A stretch of 64,000 nucleotides of DNA from NCBI GenBank assembly GCA_963697435.1, contig CAVOOB010000001.1, forward strand, positions 142,276 to 206,275, read 5' to 3'. Shown here in pieces: positions 18,034 through 27,654 of the stretch. The position numbers and the translations under genes were made by a program. Every line of letters begins with the position of its first letter. The stretch's first letter is position 1. Source of the stretch: an uncultured Gemmatimonadales bacterium (GTDB lineage Bacteria > Gemmatimonadota > Gemmatimonadetes > Gemmatimonadales > GWC2-71-9). The notes under the pieces are model-generated. The model saw nothing but the letters and a program-made list of their open reading frames with translations. It searched no databases and had not been told where the DNA came from.

Positions 18034-18585
18034 TTGAAGGGCAGTCCCGAGTTTGAGCTGCATGTGCTGGGGCCAGCCAGCCCCGGCGACACCACCACCT
18101 ACATCTCGTTCCAGTGCGTCGGCGAACACGCCCCCTCCGGCTACTACTGGGACATGAACTCGACCAATTGGAATGGGACCGCCAAGGTGTTCACCCAGGC
18201 CCAGATGGACGCTCTGGAGCAGGCGTTCCCCGGACAGTCGTACATGATCCTCGCGCTGGAGGACGACGACACCGCCTGCGAAATCAAGACGGGCGTGGAC
18301 CGCTTTGGCGATGCGCTGACCGCGCTCAAGAACGCCTACAATTCGTACACCGGACTCAAGGACGTCAAGATCATCACCATCAACGGAACCACGCGGGTCA
18401 TCACGGCAGCCAGGAGCGGCGCCAAGCTCGTGACCGCGCTGGCCAACCTCATCAAGAGCAACGACGATCTCATTGGCATTGCCATGGCCGATTCGGTCGT
18501 CGGCCGCTCCAGCCCGATCGGACACTGGGCCGTCATGGAGGGGCATTCGAAGGTGAATGGCTGGCTGAATCTCGTGATGCAATAA
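18034..18585 (+). CDS. Hypothetical protein (183 aa)
   Basis: Intact ORF with coding-like composition. It has a TTG start in the track, so the N-terminus is uncertain. Confidence 0.5.
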   Translation: MKGSPEFELHVLGPASPGDTTTYISFQCVGEHAPSGYYWDMNSTNWNGTAKVFTQAQMDALEQAFPGQSYMILALEDDDTACEIKTGVDRFGDALTALKNAYNSYTGLKDVKIITINGTTRVITAARSGAKLVTALANLIKSNDDLIGIAMADSVVGRSSPIGHWAVMEGHSKVNGWLNLVMQ

Positions 18586-18593
18586 CCACTGAC

Positions 18594-18617
18594 GGCGGGG
18601 GAGGATCCTCCCCCGCC
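18594..18617 (+). terminator. Perfect palindromic hairpin between two plus-strand genes
   Basis: ggcgggggaggatcctcccccgcc: a 10-bp stem with loop gatc. No U-tract follows. Confidence 0.4.
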
Positions 18618-18634
18618 CCACTCAAGGAGCGGAT

Positions 18635-19261
18635 ATGGGCGGGAGGACGAAGTGGAGTTCAGTTCTTGGCGGGGTGCTGGCCTTCCTCGCACTCCCGGCC
18701 GCGGGACTCGCCGGGCAGGAGGGGGCCTGGCACCTGACAGCCACCGCCGCCCAGACCTGGTTCAGCGGCGGGCTCGATGACACCACCACCACCGACGGCA
18801 AATGGAGCCTGGCACCGAAGATGACGTGGGGAATCTCCGCCGATCGTGCGGTGGGGACGATCCGGATCGGCCTCGGCCTGTCGTACCTCTCCTCCAACTT
18901 GCACTTGGCGAGTGATCCGATCACCATCACCGAGAACACGCTCGATATTGCGCAGTGGGGGGTGAGCGCCTTGGTGACCGTGCCGCTGCTGCGACTCGGA
19001 ACGGCCGGGGCCGCCGTGCACCTCTCCGCTGGACCGGTCCTCGGCATCTGGGCCATCACCGAGGAAGACAGCCGGACCAGATTCGGGGGGACGGCAACGT
19101 TGCAAGTCACCGCCCCGCTCGCTTCCTCCTGGCACCTCCTCGCCACGTTGGGAGGCACCGTCTCAGGCTCGCCCTTCAACACAGACGACCTGCCCCCTGA
19201 GTTCGAGACCACTACCCTCTGGGCGAGCAGGGTGGGTCTCGGCGTCCAGTACGCCTTCTAG
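18635..19261 (+). CDS. Outer-membrane beta-barrel protein (small OMP)
   Basis: Signal peptide (VLGGVLAFLALPAAGLAGQ), alternating-hydrophobic strands, and a C-terminal ...GLGVQYAF with terminal Phe. Confidence 0.7.
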   Translation: MGGRTKWSSVLGGVLAFLALPAAGLAGQEGAWHLTATAAQTWFSGGLDDTTTTDGKWSLAPKMTWGISADRAVGTIRIGLGLSYLSSNLHLASDPITITENTLDIAQWGVSALVTVPLLRLGTAGAAVHLSAGPVLGIWAITEEDSRTRFGGTATLQVTAPLASSWHLLATLGGTVSGSPFNTDDLPPEFETTTLWASRVGLGVQYAF

Positions 19262-19262
19262 C

Positions 19263-21925
19263 TCAGGACTTGGGGTCGAGCGCCTGGCTCACCACCAGCG
19301 ACAGATGCTGGCGGTGGGCCCGCGTCTCGGCGTCGCCAGATGGCGTGGCGACCTGCGCCTGAATCTTCTTCAGGCTTGCCACGGCAGCCGACTTGGCTAC
19401 GTAGTCGTAGTTCTTGGCCGTCGGGCCCTTGATCATCCCGGCCACCTGGCTGACGTACTCCAACTGCAGGTTCTGCCGGAAGGTGTTGACGTTGCCGCGG
19501 GCATCAGCCGCAAAGACGGCGTCGGTCAGGTCCGACATCATCTGGGCGGATGAGTATTTGTTGCCGTAGAGCCGCGAGTCGGTCAACCGGGCCTGGGTCT
19601 GCGGGGCCAGCATGAACGACAAGACGGTCTTCTGCATGTTGAGCACGCGCGCGTGGATGTCCGGCTCGCCGGGACCGCTGAAGCCGCGCCGGGGCTGTTG
19701 CAACTCGGCCAGCAGCGTCGGAGGAGCGCTCCAGGCGTCCGGCGCGAAGAACTCTGTCCGGAGAATGCGCATTGCCCGCTGTTGCTCGGCAAGCGGCACG
19801 GGCGTGAACGGCAGGCCGGCGTCCGGCTGCCCGTCGACCCCGCGGCTCACGTACACGCCGCCGATATACCGCGACGTCACCACCGCGGCATTCGCCTTCT
19901 CACCTGTCGTGCGGAGATAGGCCACCCGCAGGGTCGCATAGTCCTGGCCGGGCTTCGGGTACCGCTGGTCGATCCCCTGAGCAGGGAGTCGGACAGCGCC
20001 ATCCGCCCTTCGACCCAGCGTGAGCGCATCGTTGCTGAGGTCGCCCACCATGACCCGCGGGTCGATGCCCCGGGCCGGGGACCGCATGTCGTCGGCATCG
20101 TTGCCGAAGGCGAGCTGCGGCTCCGTCGAGCGATTGAGCAGGGCGGTCATCCGCGCCGCCTCGGCGGCCGGATTCGGGAGCGAGGGGCGATACGCGAACT
20201 CGATGGCCCAGTCGTCGTAGGGCCCCGTCTGAATGTCAAAAGCCAGCGTCCGCTTGCCTCCCGGAGGCGGCACGTTGACGGCCGTGTAGTCCATGACCGA
20301 TCCCGTCACACCCCGGGTCGCCACCAGCGCGGAGTCCTGCAGCTGCGCGGGGGAGAGCATCTGGCTCGCCTTCATGTTGTGGTTGAGGCCCAGGGTGTGC
20401 CCCACCTCGTGGAGCACCAGGCTCACGACGGCGTCGTAGATGTACATATTCATCTCGACCTCGGTCGCGCCGAACATCTCCAGCGCCGAGGCGCCGAACG
20501 CGGCCTGCTGCTGCATGTAGGCCTGAGCGGTGCATGCGGTCGGGTCCGAATCATCGATGGGCATGCGTCAACGACCTGACCGGCGAACTCGAACAACTCC
20601 GACTGATGAATTCGATTCGTCACGAAGATGAACTCGAGCATGATGTCGGCGCCGAGGATCTGCCCGGTCCGCGGATTCACGAAGCTCGGTCCGTACCCAC
20701 CGAAGGGCGGATTGGGCGAGGCGGTCCACCGGAGCACATTGTAACGGAGGTCGCCGGCCTCCCAGGTGGCGGTGTCCGGCTGCTCCTTCACAACGATCGC
20801 GTTGGTGAATCCAGCCGTCTCGAAGGCCTTGTTCCAGCGGAGCGCTCCCTCGCGGATGGCGGGCCGCAACTCCGTCGGTGTCGTGTTCTCGATCCACCAG
20901 GTGATCGGTTCCACGGGATCGGACATGGCCGCGTCGGGGTTCTTCTTGACGAGGTTCCACCGGTGCACCTGGTCCTTCCACGGGGTGACACTCGTGGAGG
21001 TGAGATCGGTCACCTGGTCGGTGAAGTAGCCGACCCGGGGATCGTCGTACCGGACCTGGTAGTCGTTGTCGGGCATCTCGATGAAGGTGTGCTGAATCGT
21101 CAGGCTGACGTTGCGCGCGTCGGTGATTTCGGGTCCGCCGCTGTTGGTGGGCGCCGGGTTGACGTACACGTATTCCACGACGACGTCCGTGTTCAGCGGA
21201 TACGACTTGACCGACACGACGTGCGTCTTGTCCTTGTTGAGCGCGCCGAGGGTGAATGTCGTGCCGGGCGGAGTACCGGGCCGCGGGCTCGGCTTGACCT
21301 GACGGAGGGTTTCGGTGAGGAAGAGCTCATCGGCCTTGATCAGGAATTCGCCGGTGGCCGTATCGGTCGCGGCGATCTCGATCGACGCGAGCATCCCCGG
21401 GCTGATGTTGGCGTCGGCGGCCCGACTGAGCGGGCTCGCCGGATTGAAATAGAACCGGGTGTTCTGGGTGATGAACTCGATCTTGTTGAAGTTCTTCCGG
21501 ACCGCGAACACCGTGTTGGGGCCGAAGGCGCCGCGAAAGCTGCCTGCCGGGAGTGCCCCCTCGTCGGTCACCGACCAGTAGATGAACTCCTTGCCGATCT
21601 GGTCCTGCTTCACGACCATCTGGAGCGCGCCGGTCACGGTGTCCTGGTAGATGGTAAAGAGCCCCTCGAACTTCGTCGAGCTCTTCGTGAGTTCCGCGAT
21701 GCTCTTCGTGGCTGCGGGTTTGTCGCCTCCGGACTTGGCCTTGCCCTGGGCGTTCGCCGGGCTCGGGGAAGTGCCTGCGCCCGGGCCGGACGCGCAGGCC
21801 AGCGCGACCACACTCAGGGACGTGAGAGCGACTCGGACGATTCCTCGACCTGGCATGAACAGCTCCGGTACGGGTGTGAACGGAGGGGCGATCTTCGGGA
21901 ACGGCATCGGGAGGGGAACCTGCAC
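19263..21925 (-). pseudogene. Zinc-dependent metalloprotease (DUF5117/DUF4953-type, HExxH), one frameshift
   Basis: The N-terminal ORF 20450..21925 (lipoprotein-like signal) and C-terminal ORF 19263..20564 (HEVGHTLGLNHNMKAS) overlap. The join is ...SELFEFAGQVVDA / PIDDSDPTAC... near ~20565. Confidence 0.75.
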
Positions 21926-21985
21926 ACAGGCCCCCTCGGCAATACTACAGCTTAGTAACGAGACGGGAAGGGGGTGCGACGGGTT

Positions 21986-22498
21986 TCAGGCAGCGACCCG
22001 CCCACCGCAGGCGGCACAATAGCGGCTGCCAGCCGAAAGGTCGGTGCCGCACTTGGCGCAGGCGGCCGGCGCGCCGAGCGGCTTGCCGCAGTCTGGGCAG
22101 AATCTCGCCCCGGGACTGGCTTCCGCGCCGCAGGCACCGCATGCAGCGGCAGTGCGGCCGTCGTCCCGGAGGGTCGCCACCCGGGCGGCGACCTGCGCCT
22201 CGATGGCAGCGGCAGGGGAGCCTGCGTCCTCGGTCCGAAGCGCCGAGAGCGCTTCGACGGTGTACTTCTGCTTCAAGAACTCGTAGTCGTTGTCACTCAG
22301 CTTGCCGGTCTCCCGGTCAAACTCGATTTCCTTCAGCGCTGCGAGCGCCACTCCACTGCGCGTATCCTCGAGGTCCTCAAGGGCATCGAGGTCGATGACA
22401 TCGGCCGGCCGTGCACCATGCGCCGTGAAGAGCGGCTCGAACACGAGCCAGAGCAGCGAGAGTCCCACGAACGCGGCCGCCAGAATCTCAATCCACAT
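21986..22498 (-). CDS. Membrane-anchored double zinc-ribbon protein (CcmI-N-terminal-like TM helix)
   Basis: 170 aa. N-terminal TM: MWIEILAAAFVGLSLLWLVFEPLF. C-terminus: CGACG...FCPDCG...CAKCG...YCAACG. Its start overlaps the ccmH-like stop (22498). Confidence 0.65.
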   Translation of the reverse strand: MWIEILAAAFVGLSLLWLVFEPLFTAHGARPADVIDLDALEDLEDTRSGVALAALKEIEFDRETGKLSDNDYEFLKQKYTVEALSALRTEDAGSPAAAIEAQVAARVATLRDDGRTAAACGACGAEASPGARFCPDCGKPLGAPAACAKCGTDLSAGSRYCAACGGRVAA

Positions 22499-23124
22499 CA
22501 GTCCTGGACCTCCGAAAGCGCCTTGCGCAAGCGCTCAAGCTCCTCGGGTGTGGCGCCGGCGACCGCAGCGATATCGATCGCCTCGGTGGCAGCCAGCGAG
22601 GGCACCGCCGAGACCTGGCGTTGGCGCCGGAGGATCCACATCGAGAGAAGACCGATGCCGATCAGCATCACGATGCCAGGCACGAAATAACCCGCCAGGT
22701 TGAAGCCCTCGGCCTTGGGCGCCATGAGCGCCTGCTCTCCATACTCACGCACGAACTCTTCGCGAATTTCGTCCGCGGTCCTGTTGTCGTTCCACAGCGC
22801 CACAATCTCGCGGTGGAGCGCCGGAGAGGTCGTGCACGTGAAATCCGTGGTCCGACAGGTGTAGATATCGAGGTTGCAGCCACACTGGCACTTGAGGGTC
22901 TTCTCAAGCTCCATGATCTGGACGTCGTTGTCCGCCCCGACCGTCGGTGTGCGCTGCTGCACCGCGTTGGGATTGTAGAGCCGCCCCGCGTCCCCGCTAC
23001 TGGGCGTGCCCTGCGAGGCGGCCTGCGCACGGAGGGTCCCCGCCCCGGTCAGCGCCAGTCCACCGAGCGCCACCTGTCGCAGAAAGGCGCGTCGTTCGGT
23101 CATCGCCTCATTCATCTCAGACAT
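22498..23124 (-). CDS. ccmH: CcmH/NrfF-family cytochrome c biogenesis protein, atypical (Tat-like signal, CQCGC motif)
   Basis: The scaffold fits CcmH: LEKTLKCQCGC...ALHREIVALWNDNRTADEIREEFVREYGEQALMAPK followed by a TM helix. The N-terminus ERRAFLRQVALGGLALTGAG resembles a twin-arginine signal. Confidence 0.7.
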   Translation of the reverse strand: MSEMNEAMTERRAFLRQVALGGLALTGAGTLRAQAASQGTPSSGDAGRLYNPNAVQQRTPTVGADNDVQIMELEKTLKCQCGCNLDIYTCRTTDFTCTTSPALHREIVALWNDNRTADEIREEFVREYGEQALMAPKAEGFNLAGYFVPGIVMLIGIGLLSMWILRRQRQVSAVPSLAATEAIDIAAVAGATPEELERLRKALSEVQD

Positions 23125-25147
23125 TCTCCGCGCCGACGAGCGTCGCTTCGTAGCCGGCCTGGGTGCGCCGGGTCTCCGCGATGCCGCCGCCGCCGGGCCA
23201 CATGGTCAGGATTCCGCCGACGACGAGCACCAGCCCCGCAAACCACACCCACCAGACCAGTGGATTGATGGTGAAGCGGTAGACCGCCTCTTCGGTCCCG
23301 TTTACTGATCCGGCGTAGACGATGTAGAGGTCTTCCTTCAGGTCACTCCGGATGCCGACCTCGGTGGACGGCTCGAACGTCGGGCGGCCGAAACTGTCCA
23401 CGTGCTGGCGCTTCTCGGACTTCATGACCCCAAGCGACTTGCCGTTGTAATCGACCTGCACCGTGGCCGCCGACACCACCCGATTGAGGGCGTTGTACTG
23501 CGACACCCCGAGATGCGTCAGCTTGTAGGTGCCACCGTAGGGACTCTGCATCTCGATCGACTCGCCCGGCTTGAGCGTCGCTTCCTGGTCGACCCGAAAC
23601 GCCATTCCGGTGAAGGCGATGAACATCAGCAGGATCCCGACGTGCACGATGTAGCCACCGTAGCGCCGGCGGTTCCGGGCAATCAGGTGGAACAGCGCGG
23701 TCGGGATCGACTCGCCGTGCATCCGGCGGCGGGCCCGGATTCCGCGGTAGAACTCCTGCACCACCGTTCCCATCACGAAGGCACCGAGCCCGATGGTCAT
23801 GATCGGATAGAGGTCCCGCATCCCGTCGACGACGAGGGCCAGGGTGACGATCAAGCCGACGGAGACCGGGATGACGAACTGCCGCTGCAGATTCCGGGCG
23901 GTCGCCTTGCGCCAGGCGATCAGCGGCCCGATGCCGGTAAGCGCCAGCAGGAAGAGCCCGAGGGGGATGTTGACCCGGTTGAAGAAGGGGGGGCCCACGG
24001 TGATCTTGCTGCCCCGCACCGCCTCGGAGAGAATCGGGAAGAGCGTGCCCCAGAGCACCGAGAAGGCGATCCCGACCAGCGCGAGGTTGTTGAAGAGGAA
24101 CGCCGCCTCCCGGCTCAGCATCGACTCCAGCTTCGCGTCCGGCTCGAGCTCGTCCCAGCGGGTGTAGAGCATCGTGAAGCTGAGGACGCCGGCCACGAGG
24201 AGGAAGCCGAGGAAGAAATAGCCGACGTTGGACTGCGTGAAGCTGTGCACGCTGGCGATGACGCCGGAGCGCGTGATGAAGGTGCCGAAGATGCTCAGGA
24301 GGAACGTCGCGACGATCAGCGACAGGTTCCACCGTTTCAGCATCCCGCGCTTCTCCTGGATCATGACGGAATGCAGGAACGCCGTCATCGTGAGCCAGGG
24401 GAGGAAGCTGGCGTTTTCCACCGGGTCCCACGCCCAGTAGCCGCCCCAGCCGAGCTCCACGTACGCCCACCACATGCCGAGCACGATGCCGATCGACAGG
24501 AAGACCCACGACACCAGGGTCCACTTCCGAATGGCCACGATCCACCCGCTGTCCAGCCGGCGCCGGAGCAACGCCGCGATGGCAAAGGCGAACGGAATGG
24601 TGACGCTGATGTAGCCGAGGTAGAGCATCGGCGGATGCATGACCATGCCGATGTTCTGGAGCTGGGGATTGAGCCCGCGCCCGTCTTCGGGGATGAACGC
24701 CAGCCGGTCGAAGGGGTTGGCGGCGAAGAGCATCACGAGGACGAAGAACACCACCACGATGTTGGTGACGCCGGCCACGTAGGGCAGCAAGTCGGCGTAG
24801 CGGCGCGAGGTGATCCACTGCGCCACGGCCGAGAAGCAGGCCAGCACGACCGCCCAGAAGAGGAGCGACCCCTTCTGCCCGGCCCAGAACGCCGACACGA
24901 TGTAATAGGTGGGGAGGTTTCGGGAGGTATACGCCGCCACGTACTCGATGTTGAAGTCGTGGGCGAAGAGCCCCTTCCAGAGTGCAAGCGCCGCCACGAG
25001 CAGCGCGGCGGCGAGCGCGTACGACGACCGGATGACCGTTCGCTCAAGGTCTGGGCGGTCCTGCCACTTCCCCGAAAAGGAGAGGACCGCGCCGAAGGTA
25101 CCGATCAGGAATGCCACCCACAGAGAAAACTGCCCGAGGAGTGTCAT
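23117..25147 (-). CDS. ccmF: Cytochrome c-type biogenesis haem lyase CcmF
   Basis: Intact 676-aa polytopic ORF with the WWD motif WGGYWAWDPVENASFLPWL. Confidence 0.95.
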   Translation of the reverse strand: MTLLGQFSLWVAFLIGTFGAVLSFSGKWQDRPDLERTVIRSSYALAAALLVAALALWKGLFAHDFNIEYVAAYTSRNLPTYYIVSAFWAGQKGSLLFWAVVLACFSAVAQWITSRRYADLLPYVAGVTNIVVVFFVLVMLFAANPFDRLAFIPEDGRGLNPQLQNIGMVMHPPMLYLGYISVTIPFAFAIAALLRRRLDSGWIVAIRKWTLVSWVFLSIGIVLGMWWAYVELGWGGYWAWDPVENASFLPWLTMTAFLHSVMIQEKRGMLKRWNLSLIVATFLLSIFGTFITRSGVIASVHSFTQSNVGYFFLGFLLVAGVLSFTMLYTRWDELEPDAKLESMLSREAAFLFNNLALVGIAFSVLWGTLFPILSEAVRGSKITVGPPFFNRVNIPLGLFLLALTGIGPLIAWRKATARNLQRQFVIPVSVGLIVTLALVVDGMRDLYPIMTIGLGAFVMGTVVQEFYRGIRARRRMHGESIPTALFHLIARNRRRYGGYIVHVGILLMFIAFTGMAFRVDQEATLKPGESIEMQSPYGGTYKLTHLGVSQYNALNRVVSAATVQVDYNGKSLGVMKSEKRQHVDSFGRPTFEPSTEVGIRSDLKEDLYIVYAGSVNGTEEAVYRFTINPLVWWVWFAGLVLVVGGILTMWPGGGGIAETRRTQAGYEATLVGAENV

Positions 25148-25153
25148 GGCGCG

Positions 25154-25573
25154 TCAGGCTGCGGGAGCTTCAGGAGTCGCTTCGTAGCGCGAACCGCACT
25201 TGGCCAGCACATCCGTGGCGTGGAACACCCCATCGGCGCCGAGACGGCCTTCGACCACGACTTCGATATCGCTGGCATCGGTGAAGGTGTCCGGCACCAG
25301 GCCCCGGTACGTCACCGGATAGATCTGCGAGCCATCGGTCACCTGGAAATCCACGGTCTGGGTGGCCGCATCGCGGCGAACCGACCCCGGCACGACGCGG
25401 GCCCCCATCTTCACGCCGACGTTGTGGAAGGTCGGATCCTCGGAAGCCTTGGTGGCGAGCTCGGTCGGCGTGAGGAAATAGACGCCCGTTTCCTTCACCC
25501 CCTGGAACATCAGGAGGCCGACGCTCCCGACGATCAGCACCGCGCCGAATAGGAACTTGTGGCCAGGCTTCAT
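25154..25573 (-). CDS. ccmE: Haem chaperone CcmE, CxxxY variant
   Basis: MKPGHKFLFGAVLIVGSVGLL... OB-fold-like body. The C-terminus is VLAKCGSRYEA, where canonical CcmE has LAKHDENY. The internal ATG at 25573 was chosen over 25618. Confidence 0.85.
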   Translation of the reverse strand: MKPGHKFLFGAVLIVGSVGLLMFQGVKETGVYFLTPTELATKASEDPTFHNVGVKMGARVVPGSVRRDAATQTVDFQVTDGSQIYPVTYRGLVPDTFTDASDIEVVVEGRLGADGVFHATDVLAKCGSRYEATPEAPAA

Positions 25574-25690
25574 GGTCCCGCTCCCCGCGTGTAGTTGGAT
25601 TCCGACAAGACTCTTCAAGAATCGACAGCCGGCCGACTCGGAGCAAGGCCCGAACGGTCGATTAAGGAACTCTTCACGCCGACTTTAGCC

Positions 25691-26499
25691 TCACTGCCCC
25701 GAGGTCGCTGCCTGGTGGAAATCGGTCATCATCCGCTCGTGATCGCCGTACTCGGGGCGGCCCTTCTTCATCTCTGCATCGTAATGAGACAGGAACGCCT
25801 TGTAGGCCTTCTTCAAGGCAGCATCGTCCTTGTTCCACCGGGCCACCGTGCCCTGGATCACATAGCCGAACAGATGCCCCGGATCCTGAATCAGGAGGGT
25901 GTCGGCGATCGCGGCGGCCCCGGCAACGTCCCCGCTGTGCAGCTTCAGGGTGGCCAGGTGGAATCGGGCATCGGCGTCGATCGTCTCCAACCGCTCGTAC
26001 GCCATCATGGCCATCGGTGTCATGGTGGTGACGGTCTGCTGATCGCCCGATTCAGAGGCCCGCATGATCCGGTTGTAGAGGCGGTCGAAGGCCTCACGCG
26101 GTGTCATGGTGCTGAGGTCGGGGAGCGGCCCAGCGCCGGCCCCTCCCGCAAAGGGCGCGGCGGAACCGCCGGCGCCGACCACGCCGGCCGCCTCCGGGGC
26201 ACCCCCGCTGCCGCGCACCACCAGGGCGAGCACCGCCACGAGGAGCACGGCGCTCACGACCGCCGCCACCGCCCACGCCTTTCGATCGCCGGGCGCCGAC
26301 GACGACGCACCCTGCCCAGCGCCGGCGCCTGCGCCTGCGCCTGCGGCGTCCCGCACTGGGTGCAGAACTTGGCGCCAGCCGCCAGCGGGGCATGGCAGGA
26401 GGCGCAGGTGCGCGGGCCGAGGCTCGCACCGCAGTGTCGGCAGAACTTCCCTTCGGCGTCGGCGCCGCAGGAGGGGCAACGGGTCGTCTTGGAGGCCAT
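25691..26499 (-). pseudogene. Zinc-ribbon / TM / helical-repeat protein, one frameshift
   Basis: ORF 26254..26499 (MASKTTRCPSCGADAEGKFCRHCG...CASCH...FCTQCG) continues into the frame of ORF 25691..26479 (...ASSSAPGDRKAWAVAAVVSAVLLVAVLALVV + soluble domain). The shift is near ~26320, beside a (gcgcct)3 repeat. Confidence 0.6.
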
Positions 26500-26594
26500 C
26501 GGACAGAATCCAGGGTATGAGGGTGGGTATTGGCCGGAACTAATCTAGCCAGACCATCGAGATCGCGGGACCGCAATAATACTGAGGGGGGGGG

Positions 26595-27653
26595 TCAGCA
26601 GATGCGGGGGAGCTGATCTCCGGGGAGCATGTCCACGATGCGGGTGCCACCCAGCCCCGTCCTGAGGACCACCATGCCGGGGTGCTCGGCGACGGCCGCC
26701 CCGGCGATGACCGCCTGGGCACCGAGGGGGTGGCTGCGGAGCGCCGCCAGCGCCGCATTCGCCGCCTCCGCCGCGACGAACGCGACGAGGACGCCTTCGT
26801 TGGCCACGTACATCACGTCGAGCCCGAGCAGATCGCAGACCGACGCGACGGGCCCCGGAACGGGGAGCGCCCCGTCCTCGAGCACGACGCCGATCCTGGC
26901 GGCACCCGCGATCTCATTCAGGGCGCTCGCCAGACCACCGCGGGTCGGGTCTCGCAGGACGTGCACCGACGCTCCCACCGATTCGCGCAGCAGCTCCACG
27001 AGGGGAAAGAGGGTGGCGGCGTCGCTCTCGATGGCCGCGTCGAAGGCGATTCCCTCGCGCGCCGCCATGATGGCCATGCCGTGCGACCCGATCGGCCCAC
27101 TCACCAGGATGGCATCGCCGGCGCGCGCGCGCTCAGGGCTCGGACGGAAGTCGGCCCGCAGTTCGCCGATGCCGGTGGTGTTGATGTAGAGCTTGTCGGC
27201 CTTGCCACGTTCCACGACCTTGGTGTCCCCGGTCACCACGGGCACTCCCGCCGCCCCGGCCGCCTCGGCCATGGAGGCGAGCACCCGGTCGAGCAACGCC
27301 AGTTCGAGCCCCTCCTCCAGGACAAAGCCGACGGTGAGGCACACCGGCCTCGCCCCGACCATGGCGAGGTCGTTCAAGGTGCCGTGCACCGACAGCGACC
27401 CGATGTTGCCACCGGGAAACTCCACCGGGCTCACCACGAAGGTGTCCGTCGAGATCGCCACCTCCTGCCCGTTGACGGGGAGGACGGCCGCGTCGCCCAG
27501 CTGTTCCAGGACCGGGTTCCGCAGGTGCGGCAGGAAGCGTTCGTTCAGCAGCGCCGCGCTCAGCTTTCCGCCCGATCCGTGCCCCAGCTGGACGCGGTCG
27601 GTTGCCGCAACGGGCAGCGGACAGGTAGGACCTCCGCCGATCGTGACGGTCAT
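26595..27653 (-). CDS. hypE: Hydrogenase maturation protein HypE
   Basis: MTVTIGGGPTCPLP...GHGSGG... with the canonical C-terminal PRIC. The ATG at 27653 lies directly after the hypD stop (27655). Confidence 0.95.
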   Translation of the reverse strand: MTVTIGGGPTCPLPVAATDRVQLGHGSGGKLSAALLNERFLPHLRNPVLEQLGDAAVLPVNGQEVAISTDTFVVSPVEFPGGNIGSLSVHGTLNDLAMVGARPVCLTVGFVLEEGLELALLDRVLASMAEAAGAAGVPVVTGDTKVVERGKADKLYINTTGIGELRADFRPSPERARAGDAILVSGPIGSHGMAIMAAREGIAFDAAIESDAATLFPLVELLRESVGASVHVLRDPTRGGLASALNEIAGAARIGVVLEDGALPVPGPVASVCDLLGLDVMYVANEGVLVAFVAAEAANAALAALRSHPLGAQAVIAGAAVAEHPGMVVLRTGLGGTRIVDMLPGDQLPRIC

Positions 27654-27654
27654 C

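Noticed and set aside
23402-25552. Long antisense ORFs opposite real genes: 23402..25552 opposite ccmF, 33378..35264 opposite hupL, 27193..28818 opposite hypE/hypD, 1395..2513 opposite the FG-GAP gene, 48136..49212 and others
   Set aside because: These are typical high-GC stop-codon-poor shadow frames. Their translations are Arg/Pro/Gly-rich with no motifs, whereas the opposite strand encodes unmistakable families.
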